Source of the DNA: Octopus sinensis
Taxonomy: Eukaryota
DNA length: 64,000 nt
Direction: 5' to 3'
NCBI RefSeq assembly: GCF_006345805.1
Contig: NC_043011.1
Span: 41,738,464 to 41,802,463 of the forward strand
Each line of letters opens with the position of its first letter. Within the stretch, counting starts at the first letter, position 1. A program made the position numbers and the translations under genes. Of the stretch, positions 37,061 to 51,210 are shown in pieces. The notes below the pieces were generated by a model that worked only from the letters and a program-made list of their open reading frames with translations, ran no database searches and was not told the DNA's origin.

Positions 37061-40000
37061 ATTTGTTTCCCAACCACTTGGCTCCAGGTTCAGTCCCACT
37101 GCATGGCATCTTGGACATGTGCTTTCTACTATAGCCTCAGGTCAATCAAAGCCTTGTAACTGGATTTGGTAGATGGAAACTGAAAGATGCCCATTGTATG
37201 TATGTGTGTGTGTGTATATATATATATATACACTTTTTATTAAAAGTACAAATTTATCATAAATTTATCCCGTTCATCAGACAATTGTGATGAAAATAGT
37301 TTTCATCACAACTGCTCGACAAATGGGAACATGAAACTCTGAGTAACAGTTCTGTGATAATTTTGAAGTTTTAATAAAAAATATATTACTCTACCTTTGG
37401 TATTTGAGTACTATTTTTTTCTACCTTGATTTGCACTTATGTGCTCAACTATGTGCATATATGTGTGTGTGTGTGTGTGTGTGTATCTATCTATGATGAT
37501 GACGATCTATGTGTGTGTATCTTTGTGTCTGTGTTTGTCCACCACCACTGCTCGACAACTGGTGTTAGTATGTTTGCATCACTGTAACTTAGTGGTTCGG
37601 CAAAAGAGCCTGATAGAATAAGTACCAGGTTTTCAAAAAAATAACTACTGGGGTTGATTTGTTTGACTAAAATTCTTCAAGGCAGTGCCCCAGCATGGCC
37701 ACAGTCTAATGACTGAAACAAGTAAAAGATAAGCCATGACCATCCTGTCTCTGTATAATTGGGACTACCATATCCAGTATGTCCTTCATTTCTTTATGTC
37801 AGTAGTGGCTGATTTGAGGTAGATTTGGCTATTTCTAGCAGTTGCTCAAATCTCTCTCCATGCCACTGATGTTTACCCAAGAGAAAGGCTGCCGACTTGG
37901 GCCCTGCACAACTTGGCACCAGCATCATTGAGGTGTTACTGTTAGAATGCAAAGATCCTCAATAGACGCCACAAGGCACCAAACCCTCCCGCAGTTCCTC
38001 TGTTGCAACACCATTGCTTTTGTCAAACCCCAAAAGGATGGAAAGCAAAGTTGAAGTTAGTTGTGTTTGAACTCAGTGCACAGAGGGTCAGAACAAATAC
38101 TACAAAAGCATTCTGTTCTCCACACCTGCCAATTGGCTACCTGGATGAACTTAAAGAAGGTCCCATGGCCTACTGGCTTGGGGATTGTACTCTCGATTGC
38201 AATGCCATGGTTTCAATTCCAAGACTGGGTAGGGCATTGTGGTCTTGAGCATAACGCTTCATTTCACAGTGTTCTAGCTCCTCAGCCATAAACAAGTAAC
38301 CCTATGAGAGCCAGGCATGCCATTCACTGGGGACTGTTGGGAAGTGGGTAACCAATCCTTGAAACAATATTGACTTCCTTTTTACTTGTTTCAGCCATGC
38401 TGGTGCATCATCTTCTAGTCAAACAAATTGACCCCAAGACTTATTCTTTGTAAACGTAGTACTTATTCTATATGTCTCTTTTGCCAAACCACTAAGTTAG
38501 GGGGATGTAAACACACCAACATTGGTTGTCAAGCAATGATGGGGAGACAAACAGACACACAAATATACATACATACATATCATCATCATCATCATCATCG
38601 TTTAACGTCTGCTTTCCATGCTAGCATGGGTTGGATGGTTCAACTGGGGTTTGGGAAGCCCAAAGGCTGCACCAGGCCAGTCAGATCTGGCAGTGTTTCT
38701 ACAGCTGGATGCCCTTCCTAACGCCAACCACTCCGTGAGTGTATATATATACATACATACAATGGGCTTCTTTCAGTTTCTGTCTACCAAATCCACTCGC
38801 AAGTCTTTAGTCGGCCTAAGGCAATAGTAGAAGACACTTGCCCAAGGTGCCACACAGGTAATAACTTGTTACTCAGGTATGTCAATGCTGTGGCTATGAT
38901 TGGATCTCAGGTTGGCTGCTGGCTGACTGACTCGTCCAGCTGCAGTTAATCCATGTTTAGGTGCAAAATACAGGATCAATAAATGGTGGTGGAGAGAGAG
39001 AGGAGACAAGCACATGGAATATGGACTTGAATGATGGAGAAGAATCGACAAATGGAAGTTTATAAATATTATGGATAAATGTCACGAAGGTGACATGCAT
39101 AGGCTTATTAAAGGGGGTGAGGGGGGTGAAGTAATATTTCAGTGTCGACCAAACTGATTAAGAGGAAGTGGTGAGTGGAGGTGAGAGGAGAGGTTGAAGA
39201 CAGAACAGGAAGTTCTGTCTGGATTCTGTGAATGATGGCAACAATACAAGAGAAAACTTCATGGCTTCACACTGCGTCGAATGTTTTCTTTGGCATCGCA
39301 CGTTTCTCTGCTGTTTATCACAGACTTATTAATAGATCTGCCTATTTTCCAGAGGAAACTGTTGTAGTCGTGACGGAACACTTGAGAAACTGGTGCCATT
39401 CATATTCGTTCACTTGCCTAATTAATTCTTGGAAATTAATGGGATTTTTGCTCTTTCTCTCTCTTTTCTCACACCATCTCACACTGACTTGTCAAGAGAT
39501 TGTTCTGGTGAACATGTAATATCCCCTAATGTCTTCAGGCATTAGGGGACACACTTCCAGAGCGTGTCAAGAAGTCAACTCTAAGGAGTTCATTCCGCTA
39601 AGAACTAAGCCCCTAAAATGACTTAAAATCCCTATCTTTTATCTTTTACTATTTCAGTCATTAGACTGCGGTCATGCTGGAGCAACGCCTTGAATTTTAG
39701 TTGAACAAAACAATAGCAGTACTTAATTTGCTTTTAAAGCCTGCTACTTATTCTATCAATCTTTTTTGATGAACCACTAAGTTATGCTTGTCAGGTGGGG
39801 GAGGGCAGACACAAACACAAAACCACACATAAATAAACTGGTTTCTGTGCCGATGGCACGTAAAAGGGCACCATTCGAGCGTGATCATTATCAACATCGC
39901 CTTACTGGCACCTGTGCCAGTGGCATGTGTAAAAAGATTCGAGCGAGGTCATTGCCAGTACCGCCTGACTGGCCCGGTGCCGGTGGCACGTAAAATGCAC

Positions 40001-41214
40001 TCACTACACTCTCGGAGTGGTTGGTTTTAGAAAGGGCATCCAGCTGTAGAATCTCTACCAGATCAAGATTGGAGTCTGGTGCAGCCATCTGGTTCGCCAG
40101 CCCTCAGTCAAAATCGTCCAACCCATGCTAGCATGGAAAGCTGACGTTAAACGATGATGATGATGATATATATATATATACATGAAAAATCATCATCATC
40201 GTTTAGCATCCTTCTTCTATGCTGGCATGGGTTGGATGGTTTGACAGGAGCTGGCCAGGTGGGAGCCCATGCTGTACTTCTGAATGTGTTTTGGCATGGT
40301 TTTTATGGCTGGATACCCTTCCTAGCACCAACCACTTTACAGAGTGTACTGGGTGCTTTTACATGGCATGTGTGTATGTATATATATATGTGTACGATAC
40401 CAAGGCTTTGATCAGCTTGATGCTATAATAGAAAACATTTACCCAAAGTGTCACAGTGTCACAGTGCCACACAGTGGGACTGAACCTGGAGCCATGTGGT
40501 TGGGAAGCAAACTCCTTACCACACAACCACACTATTTTTATTTTTATTTCTTTTTTGGCGGGTAAGGGAGGAGTTTATAGACACAGCCTATGGCTAAAGT
40601 TTATTTCACCACAGAGTTTGGGGCTCACTCCAACCTTTCTCACTCACTCACTCACTCTCCCCCCCATCTCCTCACCACCACCCCATGCAATTGTTTTTCC
40701 ATGACATTATGAACGGAGAGTGAGTTCTAGTCTTGTTTTAGAACTTTATTATTCTTATTTCTCCTCACTATATAATTCTCCATTATTCTCTTTTTTTTTT
40801 CTCTAATTCCTTACATTTGTTAATTTCATGATATTCTGTAGTATTTAATGTTTTCTCTCTGACCTGGGATAGCCACAATTAATGATGCAATTATACCATT
40901 GTATCTAGTTTTATTTATTATTTGTTATTTCAGTTTGGTGATTTCCATTTTTGTCTAAATGCATCAAATCAGATTTATTTTTATTCAATATTATTCGTCC
41001 ACATTTATCCAATCAAATGCTTTCTCTTTGTTTTTGTCATATGTTTTTGTCATATGTTTCATTCCTCAAATTTTGTTTCAAGAGCAGAACCTTGGAAGTC
41101 AGAGTCCTGAGAATTGGTAGTTTCAATTTTAATAAATACCTATACAGGCATTTGTATATATGCCTCTGTGTGTGTGTGTGTGTGTGTGTGGACATATATA
41201 TATATATCTCTCAT

Positions 41215-41700
41215 CATCATTGTTTAAGCATCCACCTTCCATGCTGGCATGGGTTGGACGATTTGACCGAGGACTGACAGGCCAGGAGGCTGCACCAGGC
41301 TCCAATCTTATCTGGCAGTGTTTCTGCAGCTTGGTGCCCTTCCTAACACCAATCACTCTAAGAGTTTAGTGGGTGCTTTTTACATGCCACCAGCATGGGA
41401 GCCATTCATGTAGCACTGGCATCAACCACATTCGGATGGTGCTTTTTATATGCCACCGGCATGGGGGTGAGCCAGTCAGGGAGCACTGGCATCGACCACG
41501 TTCAGATGGTGCTTTTTACATGCCTCTGGTATGGGAGCCAGTTAGGGGCCACATTCGCATGGGGCTTTCTACATGCCACTGGCATGGGGGTGGGCCAGTC
41601 AGGTGGCACTAACATCAACCCACATTTGAAAGGTGCTTATTATGTGCTACCAGCACAGGTGCCAGTCAGGTGACACTGGCAACTACTACGATTTTAATTT
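41215..41700 (-). mobile_element. SINE family C (tail ..GGACGTTAAACGATGATGAT on minus) with an expanded internal 55-70 bp repeat
   Basis: Five units starting GGTGCTTTTTACATGCC at about 41371, 41438, 41508, 41561 and 41631. Other family copies at 38580-38730, 39840-40160, 50945-51170, 58095-58455 and 63050-63250. Confidence 0.75.
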
Positions 41701-42506
41701 CACTTGACTCAACAGGTCTTCTCAAACACTTCATATCACCCGACGATTCAAGGGTACTTTTAAACGGGCTGGTTATGCAACACTGGCATTGGCTACGGCC
41801 GCGATCTCACTTTACTTACCAGTTCTTGTAGCCATAGAAGTCATGCCAAATCAGACTGAAACTTGGTGCAGCTCTCCAGCTTACCAGTTCCAGTCAAACC
41901 ATCTAACCCATGCTGGCATGAAAAGTGGACATTAAAGATGATGATGGTGGTGGTGATGATATATATATATGTGTGTGTGTGTGTCTGTATATATACACAC
42001 ACACATAAATATGTGCATCTTAGAGTCTCTATCTCTCTCTCTCTCTCTCACTTTCTCTCTCTCTCTCTATATATATATATACACACACACAGACAGGGTG
42101 TTCAAAAAGTCTCTCCGCAGTAAGTATTTTGTTGCAAAATAAATATTTATAAGATGGTATAAGACTACAAATGAATATATTAGACTTTACAAGACTTTAA
42201 AAAACTTTATAAGAGGTGTTGAAAGCATCGTCCTTCATTTTCAATACATAAGTTGACTCTTCTACACATGTTTTGAAATACATCTGGGAGACTCTGATGC
42301 AGTATGATGCAGGTTATTATTGCATCTTTTAACTCATTAATGGTTTTCGGGCGATTCTTGTACACTTATCCTTTACTTGCTCCCCAGAAAAAAATAAGCC
42401 TGGGAATGTTAAAACAGGTGATCTTAGTGGCCAAAGTCCCTTCAAAATAATCTGTTCACTGAAAAAATTCACTGTGGAGAGACTTTTTGAACACCCTGTG
42501 TGTATG

Positions 42507-42553
<47 letters not shown>

Positions 42554-42726
42554 TCACATTTGTTTGTGTGTGTATTTTTGCATTAGTATATACAGCCTCA
42601 TGAGTATTTAATAACAGCATGAAAGAAACAAAGAGCCCCTTTTTGTGATATTGGGGTCTGTCTCTATGTCTGTCTGTATGTCTACATGTTTCTATATCTC
42701 TATATGCCATTCATTGTTTCTTTCAG

Positions 42727-42817
42727 GTTGTATGAAGTAGAAAAAGGGTTCGTAATCATTTTAGATAAACGCAATGATGGCTGGGGTACAGTGAAAAGTA
42801 TATTATTAAAGCTGTCG
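42727..42817 (+). CDS. MCF2L: MCF2L/DBS-like exon (LYEVEKGFVIILDKRNDGWGTVKSILLKLS), CRAL-TRIO domain
   Basis: TTTCTTTCAG acceptor and GTAAGT donor at 42818. 91 nt, phase 2 to 0. GF..I.D.R.D.W..VK motif matches MCF2L (GFILVIDRRRDKWTSVK). Confidence 0.92.
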
Positions 42818-42841
42818 GTAAGTGCTTCTCACCAATATCAC

Positions 42842-43266
42842 ATTATTATTATTCTGTTTGACTTTTGATTTTTATTTGTACAAGTTGGCTCCAAGTCTCA
42901 CCCAGAGACCTCAGGAGACAACAGGTTGGAAGTTCATGTTGTTGTTATGCCTAGTGTGCCATATGTTTGGTTTTTTTTTTTTTTGGTGTTGTACTAGTGA
43001 ATGTCTAAAAAAAAAAAAGTTATGTTTGTTTTAAACCCTGAGATTACATAGAAAGTATTTTGCGTAGGATATAAGCAGTTCCCATGAGCACTATCTTTTG
43101 AATTTCTGCCATTTTGGGGTTTCCTGGTATCTGAGTTAGGTAGCAATCAGCCCCTTTCGCTATCATTCCCAGGGCACCTATGACAACAGGTATTGTTTTA
43201 GTCTTCAGGTTCCACATTTTGCTGATTTCTATTTCAAGATCTTTATATTTGCTCAGTTTTTGGTTA
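42842..43266 (-). mobile_element. R4/Dong-like (REL-endonuclease) non-LTR element 3' end with (TAA)n tail
   Basis: KLSKYKDLEIEISKMWNLKTKTIPVVIGALG..GTAYILRKILSM*, followed by a 3' UTR and an AATAATAAT tail; bounded by TAA repeats at both ends. Confidence 0.78.
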
Positions 43267-43500
43267 TTATTATTATTTTTGTAATTTATTGACCCCAAAA
43301 GGATGAAAGACAAAGTCGACCTCAGCAGAATTTGAACTTGTCACTACATTCTGAGTTCAAATTCTGCTGAGGTCGACTTTGCCCTTCAGCCTTTCAGGGT
43401 TGATAAACTAAGTACCAGTGAAACACTGGGGTCGATATAATCTACTAGTCCTCTCCCCCAAAATTTCAGGCCTTGTACCTTTAGTAGAAAGGATTATTAT

Positions 43501-44048
43501 TATTATTATATTATATTATCATCATCATCATTATCAATAATGATAATAAATAATAAGGCTTTGAGCTGGCAGAATCATTAGCACACCAGGCAAAATGCTT
43601 AACAGCATATCATCCATCTTTACATTCTGAGTTCAAATTCCACCGAGGTCAACTTTGCTTTTCATCCTTTCAGGGTTGATGAAATAAGTACCAGTTACGC
43701 ACTGGGGTTGATGTGATCTCTTTATCTCCTCCCCAAAAATTTCAGGTCTTGTGCCTACAATAGAAATTATTATTATATTATTATTATTATTATCATCATC
43801 ATCATTATCAATAATGATAATAAATAATAAGGCTTTGAGCTGGCAGAATCATTAGCACACCAGGCAAAATGCTTAACAGCATATCATCCATCTTTACATT
43901 CTGAGTTCAAATTCCACCGAGGTCAACTTTGCTTTTCATCCTTTCAGGGTTGATGAAATAAGTACCAGTTACGCACTGGGGTTGATGTGATCTCTTTATC
44001 TCCTCCCCAAAAATTTCAGGTCTTGTGCCTACAATAGAAATTATTATT
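43501..44048. repeat. Near-identical tandem duplication (period 274 bp) of a family B SINE with flanking triplet repeats
   Basis: AAGGCTTTGAGCTGGCAG occurs at 43555 and 43829; no differences seen across the SINE body. Confidence 0.9.
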
Positions 44049-44799
44049 ATTATTATTATTATTGTTGTTGCTGTTGTTGATATTATGTGTAACATTAAAA
44101 TTGTTAATCTGTTACTATGTGCTGCACATCTGCTCTTCGTCTCATTAAAATCTTGTGTGTGTGTGTGTGTAAACACATACAATTACACATGCACAGGCAC
44201 ATATGCACACATATACACATTACATTCATACACACATGCATATTTGTCGCAGCATACACAAATATACTCTTACATATATAGGCATACGCATTAAAGTGTC
44301 CCCTTCTTGCATTGTTGCATATTCTTGTTATTTCTAGCAATTATTCTGACCACTTAGTGGCTCCTCATTGACTTGCCTTTCTATATAAATGTCTGTAGGT
44401 GTAAATTAAATGTGTTTTCACCAAAACTAGCTATCTCATGGGATTTCTTCCTGTGCACACCTCTTCCAGAAGGTGTCAGGACAGTGTGCGGTATGGGAGG
44501 GAGGGCATTAAGGGGCCTGCTATATATTTCCCTATTAATTATTGTCTAATTGTGTGTGTGTGTTGTGTTAGATAAAATATCTGAATCGTGTTTTGTCAAC
44601 ATTAATTTTTAAAGTAATGTTCACCAGAACTGTCAAGCGCACACGTGCACTCACTCATACACACATGTGCACTCACTCACCCACACACACAAGCATACAC
44701 TCACACTCATACACATGCACACTCATACATACACATGTACACTCACTTGCACACACTCACTTACTCCCATGCACTCATACACACACTCTCACATGTGTG

Positions 44800-44846
<47 letters not shown>

Positions 44847-46179
44847 ACACTAGCACACACACATACACACACACACACACACAGTCCACATATACACATC
44901 AAAATGTTGTAGATATAGACAAGACAAACAGACAGACACAGCTGGTAACCAATGGCATCATTTCTTCATTGAATCCTTTTACATTTGTTTCTAGGTGGGG
45001 GCACCGCCTTGAAGGGTTTAACTGAGCAAGTTGACCCTTATACTTATTTTCTTTAAGTTTAATACTTACTCTCTTGATCTCTTTTGCCAAACCACTAAGT
45101 TATATGGCCATAAACAAGCCAATACTGGTTGTCAAGCAGTTTTGAGTGGACAAACACATGCATGCACACACATGCACACACACACACATGTGCGCACATG
45201 CACACACACACACAAGGCATTAGTCAACCCAGGATTATAGTAGAAAAACTTGCTCAAGGTGCTACACAGTAGGGTAAAATACAGGCATTCGTCTTGTTCC
45301 ATGGTTGTCTAGGGATATGTGCTGTGGACAACACCCAACAGCATGGCTGTGAGGTTTAAAATGTTTGTTTTGCAACCATGTGGTTTCAGGTTCAGTCCCA
45401 CAGCATAGCACCTTGGACAAGTATCTTCTTCTGTAACACCAGGCTAACAAATGCTTTGTGAGTAAATGTGGTAGGTAGAAACTGTGTCGAAGTCCATCAT
45501 GCATGTGTTTATGCTTGTCCATCACTCTGCTTGACAACTTGTGTTGGTTTGTTTACATCCATATAACTTGGTGGTTTGGTGAAATAACCTCATAGGATAA
45601 GTACCAAGCATAAAAATAACCACCAGGGGTCAGTGACTGAGACAAGTAAGAAATAAAGATAAATTATGTAGCAGAACATGGTTCTATAATTCTTCACTGC
45701 CAACCATTGTCTTTGAATTACAATTCAACGTTTAAATCTTCCATTGCAGTGATAAAGCAATTCCCTGATTCACTCGTCTCAGCAATGTGACCCATTAGCT
45801 GTAAATCCAAAGTCTTAAAAAGTCTTGGACATGGATGGTGCAGTCATGGATTCACTGGACAAAGGCATTTGGCACTGCCAAAATTTGATCACGAGGACAA
45901 AGGTTTGGGTTTTAGGTCTCTGATCTTCCCTGTCCTGATCTATAGTTGTGAGATTTACAGTGTCTGAGGCCCTTAAGAACTCCTTTGGTACCAGGGTACT
46001 TCACAGGATTATGGGGTACCATTGGTTGGATACTCAGAAACTGGGATGCTTCCTGCTAGTTCTGTAATTTAAAAGCATCGATTCAAGTTGTTGGATCCTT
46101 CATATTTTCCTCTCTTCTCTGAGGATCCAGCTGGGGCGATGGCTCATGCTGGTTGACCACTTGCATCATGATCACTGGT

Positions 46180-46670
46180 CAGCCTGTAATGATATGCATA
46201 AGATCTGGTCATCAAAGCTAAGTAGAGATTTCAAACTTAAAATCTTCAAAGCCACAGTTGAACCAATTCTACTATATGGCTCAGAAACCTGGACGTTATC
46301 AAAGAAGCTTGAGAGGCTGTTGGATGGAACTTACACTCGCCTCCTTATGAGAGCTCAAAATTTCTTATGGAAGCGTCACCCAACCAAAGTACAAATATAT
46401 GGGAAATTACCACCTGTATCATCTCTTGTGAAAGGTAGAAGCGTCCAGTTTGCTGGACATTGTTGTAGAGCTGAAAATGAGATAATTTCTACTCTTCTCC
46501 TCTGGAAGCCATCTGCTCGCGATACCAGAGGGTGTACACTCTCCTACCCTGATGTAATCTCCAGGGATACACGCATCCAGCAACAGGACCTCTGTAATGC
46601 TATGATGGACCGTGAAGTCTGGCATAACATAGTAAATTCCACGGTCGAACAATGAATGAAATGAATGATC
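46180..46670 (+). mobile_element. RTE-type LINE 3' end with (TGAA)-like tail
   Basis: ORF 46146-46655: KLKIFKATVEPILLYGSETWTL..FAGHCCR..LLLWKP..DREVW; tail AATGAATGAAATGAATGA. Confidence 0.85.
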
Positions 46671-47503
46671 ACTGCAGATAAGGAAGTATCTTGCAGAGAT
46701 GGAGACTGACTGGGACACTGCTTAGAGGGTCGCTCAGGGTGAACCAAGGAAATACTGACAAATGGTGGATGTAGTGATGTGCTGCAAGAGTGCATGTCCC
46801 CACCTACAAGGCCTGACCTGCAATAGGTTTGTGTCTTATCCAAGAGGAACTGTGCCTACCATCCATTAAATGCTTTGGAAGTACAAGTCTTCGGAGAGGA
46901 GAGCTGGGTTTTGTTATTTGTAAAGTTATTTGTAACATGAAGGATTTTGTCCTCTTCCAGAAGATCTCTCTGATGTGTGTGTGTGTGTACGTGCGTGCAT
47001 GCGCATTACCATTAGAGACATTACTCCCAACACCACCACCACCACCACAACTTCATTGCATCTGCCCCCATCACCAACAGTAATGTTCAATCAAGTGGGG
47101 AGCCTCTTTCTGGTCTAGACATGCTAGATGGCAGCCAACTCTCCTTCAAAACATAGTCTACTGCATTGGCGGGTAGGTGGGTAGGTAGGTGTACATATAA
47201 GTAGAGGTAAGATTTCGAATGGTATGGTGGATGGTTGGGTAGCAGGGTGGTTGGCTAACCATGTGGACAGGCAGACTGTCAATCAATCAATTGGTCAATC
47301 AGTTCACTTAGTTATGTACATTGATAGATTCATAGTTATATATAAGGATACACAAATCAATATGTTTGTGTGACTGTATTTGTGTATGCGTGTGTGATAT
47401 ATGTGCATACACACACACATACATGCATGCAAGGTCTGATCTATTTAGATAGGTGAGGAAATACATTGACAGTTAGACAGGCAAATTATAGTATGTATGT
47501 ATG

Positions 47504-47549
<46 letters not shown>

Positions 47550-47943
47550 CACACACACATACACTATGGTTTGCCTGTCTAATAAGTACATATATATAAC
47601 TTAAAATAACAAGGAGGTTCTGTTTCCAAGATGTTACAATCAAATTGTGTGTGTGTATGTGTGTGTGATGTCTTATGTTGATGTCTGGAAGGTGATTGAT
47701 CAATTTCAAACTAAATTGATTGGTCAAAATTCAATCGATTCACACAACTTGTTATGGTGTCCCATGGAATTTAGAAATTACAGCCATTACATCATTTTCA
47801 TTGATTTTTTTTTCTTTTGGCTTTTTGTTTTTACTCAAACCTTTTCTCCTCCCCACTTACAAAATTGTTTGGGGTTTTTGGTTTGTTTTTTCCTCTCTTT
47901 CTTCCTTTCTTAACCTATTCTCCCTCTCTTTCTCCCTCTCTTT

Positions 47944-47978
<35 letters not shown>

Positions 47979-48677
47979 GCTCTCGTCACTAATAATAATA
48001 ATGATGTCTTAACAATTGATTTATCCTGACATGTCTAGTGATATGTCTACTGTTGTCATTATTATCATTATTATCATTATTATTATCATCATCATCATCA
48101 TCATCAAGACAGTGAACTGACAGAATCATTAGCCAGTCTGTCATCACAAGGAAATAGATACCTGTTAGACATTGGAGTTGATGTAATGAATTAGCCCCCC
48201 CAATTTAAAGTGACATTTGTATATAAACAATTGACTGAAAAATGATGAGCCAACCCCAGCCAGAATCAAACCCACAAATCAATGCCTACACAGCTCCTTG
48301 TACATTTGATTGGGCCAAATGCTCACCCATCAATTTCAACCAAATTTTATGAATTGGAGTATATATATTATTATTATTATGATATATTATCATATAGTTA
48401 TTATTGTACTAATAGATTTCCATAGTCACTCTACCTCCATAACTTACAAAGCCTTCTGGTTTGTTTACAAATATTATATGTACTATATATATATTCTGGC
48501 TATTCCAAATGTATCTTAATGTAATCCTTGTATTGTCCTTTGTACATCCTAATGATTTCCCATACAAGGTATGGGAAATTTTGTTTGTGAAATGAAACAA
48601 TTGTAGGTGAATATGTTAATTAATTAATAAATTAATTTGTATCGATTAGACCTCTCTATTTTCTAACTCAAAAGATG

Positions 48678-48713
<36 letters not shown>

Positions 48714-48797
48714 TAACATCCATTTTCCATGCTGGCATGAGTTGGACGGTTTGACAGGAACTGATCAGCTGAAGGGCTGTTCAGGCTCCTTGTGTAT

Positions 48798-48843
<46 letters not shown>

Positions 48844-48895
48844 ACCCATGCACACAGTATTGTATATACACAAAATATGACGGTATATATTCAGT

Positions 48896-48945
<50 letters not shown>

Positions 48946-49865
48946 TATTACCGCAATATTTATATACACATTATATGAGAACGGGCTAGTGTTGTATTTA
49001 GAAAACATTTTCAGTCAGAATTTGCTTTAAGCCACAACCGCTGTGTTGATATAAACATGGCTGCTTTCACAACATATTGACATCAATTATACACCACCTT
49101 CAACACACACACACACACATATATGCAGTGGGAAGTGAAAGTATGTGTGTGTGTGTGTGTGTGTGTGGTGCATGTATGTCTGCTGTCACAACATACTATG
49201 TAAACCATTCAATCAACAAACACACATACGCATTTCTATATGTGTGTGTATGGGTGTATATAAATATATATATTCAAATAAATGTGTTTCTATATGTAAA
49301 TATATATATACATATATATATATATATGTACATATACTTTACTTTTGTGCATGTATGTATATGTGCATGTGTTTATGTATATGTGTGTGTATTAGTATAC
49401 ATCTGTTTGTAGAAGCGTATGTGTATATATGTGTGTGTGTACAAGTGTATATATACACACACACACACATAACACTTACTCTACAGCAGAATTTACTCAA
49501 CCATTGAAAATTAATAAAAATATAAAGAAACAAAAAAAAAACTTGTGTAGATTTTATTTTATTTTTTAATATATTTTTGTTTGTTTGGTGTGTTTTTTTT
49601 CCTTTATTTATTTTCTCCCAGAAGAAATCAGTTTAAATATTCTTTGACAAGCAAAGAAATATTTCCTCTCTGTTTTTCGATTTGTAAACTTTAGGTGGCT
49701 TTTAAGAAGCGTGGCTTTATGTTCTACTTTTTAGACATCTAGAACATTCTAACTTCAATGTAATAATATAAAGCAAAAAATATGTAAATGCAATGCACAC
49801 ATGCATATGTGCACAATTGTGCTACATGCTGAAATAAATATACACATACACACACAAATGCATAT

Positions 49866-49920
<55 letters not shown>

Positions 49921-50088
49921 GTGTGTGTGTGGCTGTTCAAGTTAAATTTTGGTCTCATTTCTAGCAATCGTAGATGCTATTTTTGCACCCTGGTTTATTA
50001 ATTTTAGCTTTAGTTTAATTGCTATGACCACCTGTATTACAATGTATATATATATTAATCTTAATATCTTATTGTATCTTACTATATG

Positions 50089-50138
<50 letters not shown>

Positions 50139-50719
50139 ATGTATGCTGAAATAAACTCATGCATGTATACACATTACCATGTGCACATATATGTAATATA
50201 TATACATACATAAGTACACATATTTCCACAGATGAACAAACACATACAGACACACACATTTGAACATTCACACACACATTTGAACATTCACACACACAAC
50301 ACATGCATGAACACGTATAGATGAACAAACACACACACACACACATGTACACAATTATATCAAAAATGCCCTCACACATACACACACAATTTACCAAATA
50401 TATATATATATATGCCCTCACACACACACAAATATATACTAAATATGCCCTCACACATATACAAACACAAGTACACAATATATACCAAATATACATGCAC
50501 TCACACACATACATACTTTCACACACACACACACACACATAGACATCATTTACCAAAAGTAAAAATAACTATAAAATGCATTCTTTATTGCATAACTTTT
50601 ATGGTTTCTCTTCCAAACTCTTATATTTCCTAATTTTTCTGACATTTTTCTGACATTTATGCCTTCTTCATTTTTTTGATCTTCTCACCAAATGTCTTTT
50701 ATGTTTCCTTATTTTCCAG

Positions 50720-50833
50720 GCATTTTTCCCGACACATATCCAAGTGGTGTTCCTACTTCAGCCCCATGGCTTCTTACAAAGAGCTCTGGCTGACTTCCGC
50801 TCCAAGTTTGTTAAAGAAGAGCTTGAGTTTAAG
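50720..50833 (+). CDS. MCF2L: MCF2L/DBS-like exon (AFFPTHIQVVFLLQPHGFLQRALADFRSKFVKEELEFK), CRAL-TRIO domain
   Basis: TTTTCCAG acceptor and GTATGC donor at 50834. 114 nt, phase 0-0. Matches MCF2L ASFPANLQLVLVLRPTGFFQR. Not in the ORF track (too short and lacks an ATG). Confidence 0.9.
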
Positions 50834-51171
50834 GTATGCTGTCTTACATAGTCTTAACCAAGGGTCCTGGAGCCTCATGTGGCCCTCAAGCATCCTTCCG
50901 GTGGTGTCTAACAGTCTTCCCTCTATAAATATTATAAAAAATTAATCTCTGACTGACTCCCTGTGCTGGTGGCATGTAAAAAGCACCATCCAAACAGGGT
51001 CGATGCCACCACCCATCCCCACCCCCAACTGGCTCCTGTGCTGGTGGCACATAAAAAGCAGCACCCAAATGTGGTTGATTGGAGCCTGGTGCAGCCTCCT
51101 GGCTTGCCAGTCTCCAGTCAAACCGTCCAACCCATGCCAGCATGGAAAACAGACATTAAACAATGATGATG

Positions 51172-51210
<39 letters not shown>

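Noticed and set aside
39230-39520. 95-aa ORF in non-repetitive sequence
   Set aside because: No recognisable domain or compatible splice sites; it could be regulatory, but nothing in the sequence supports a call.
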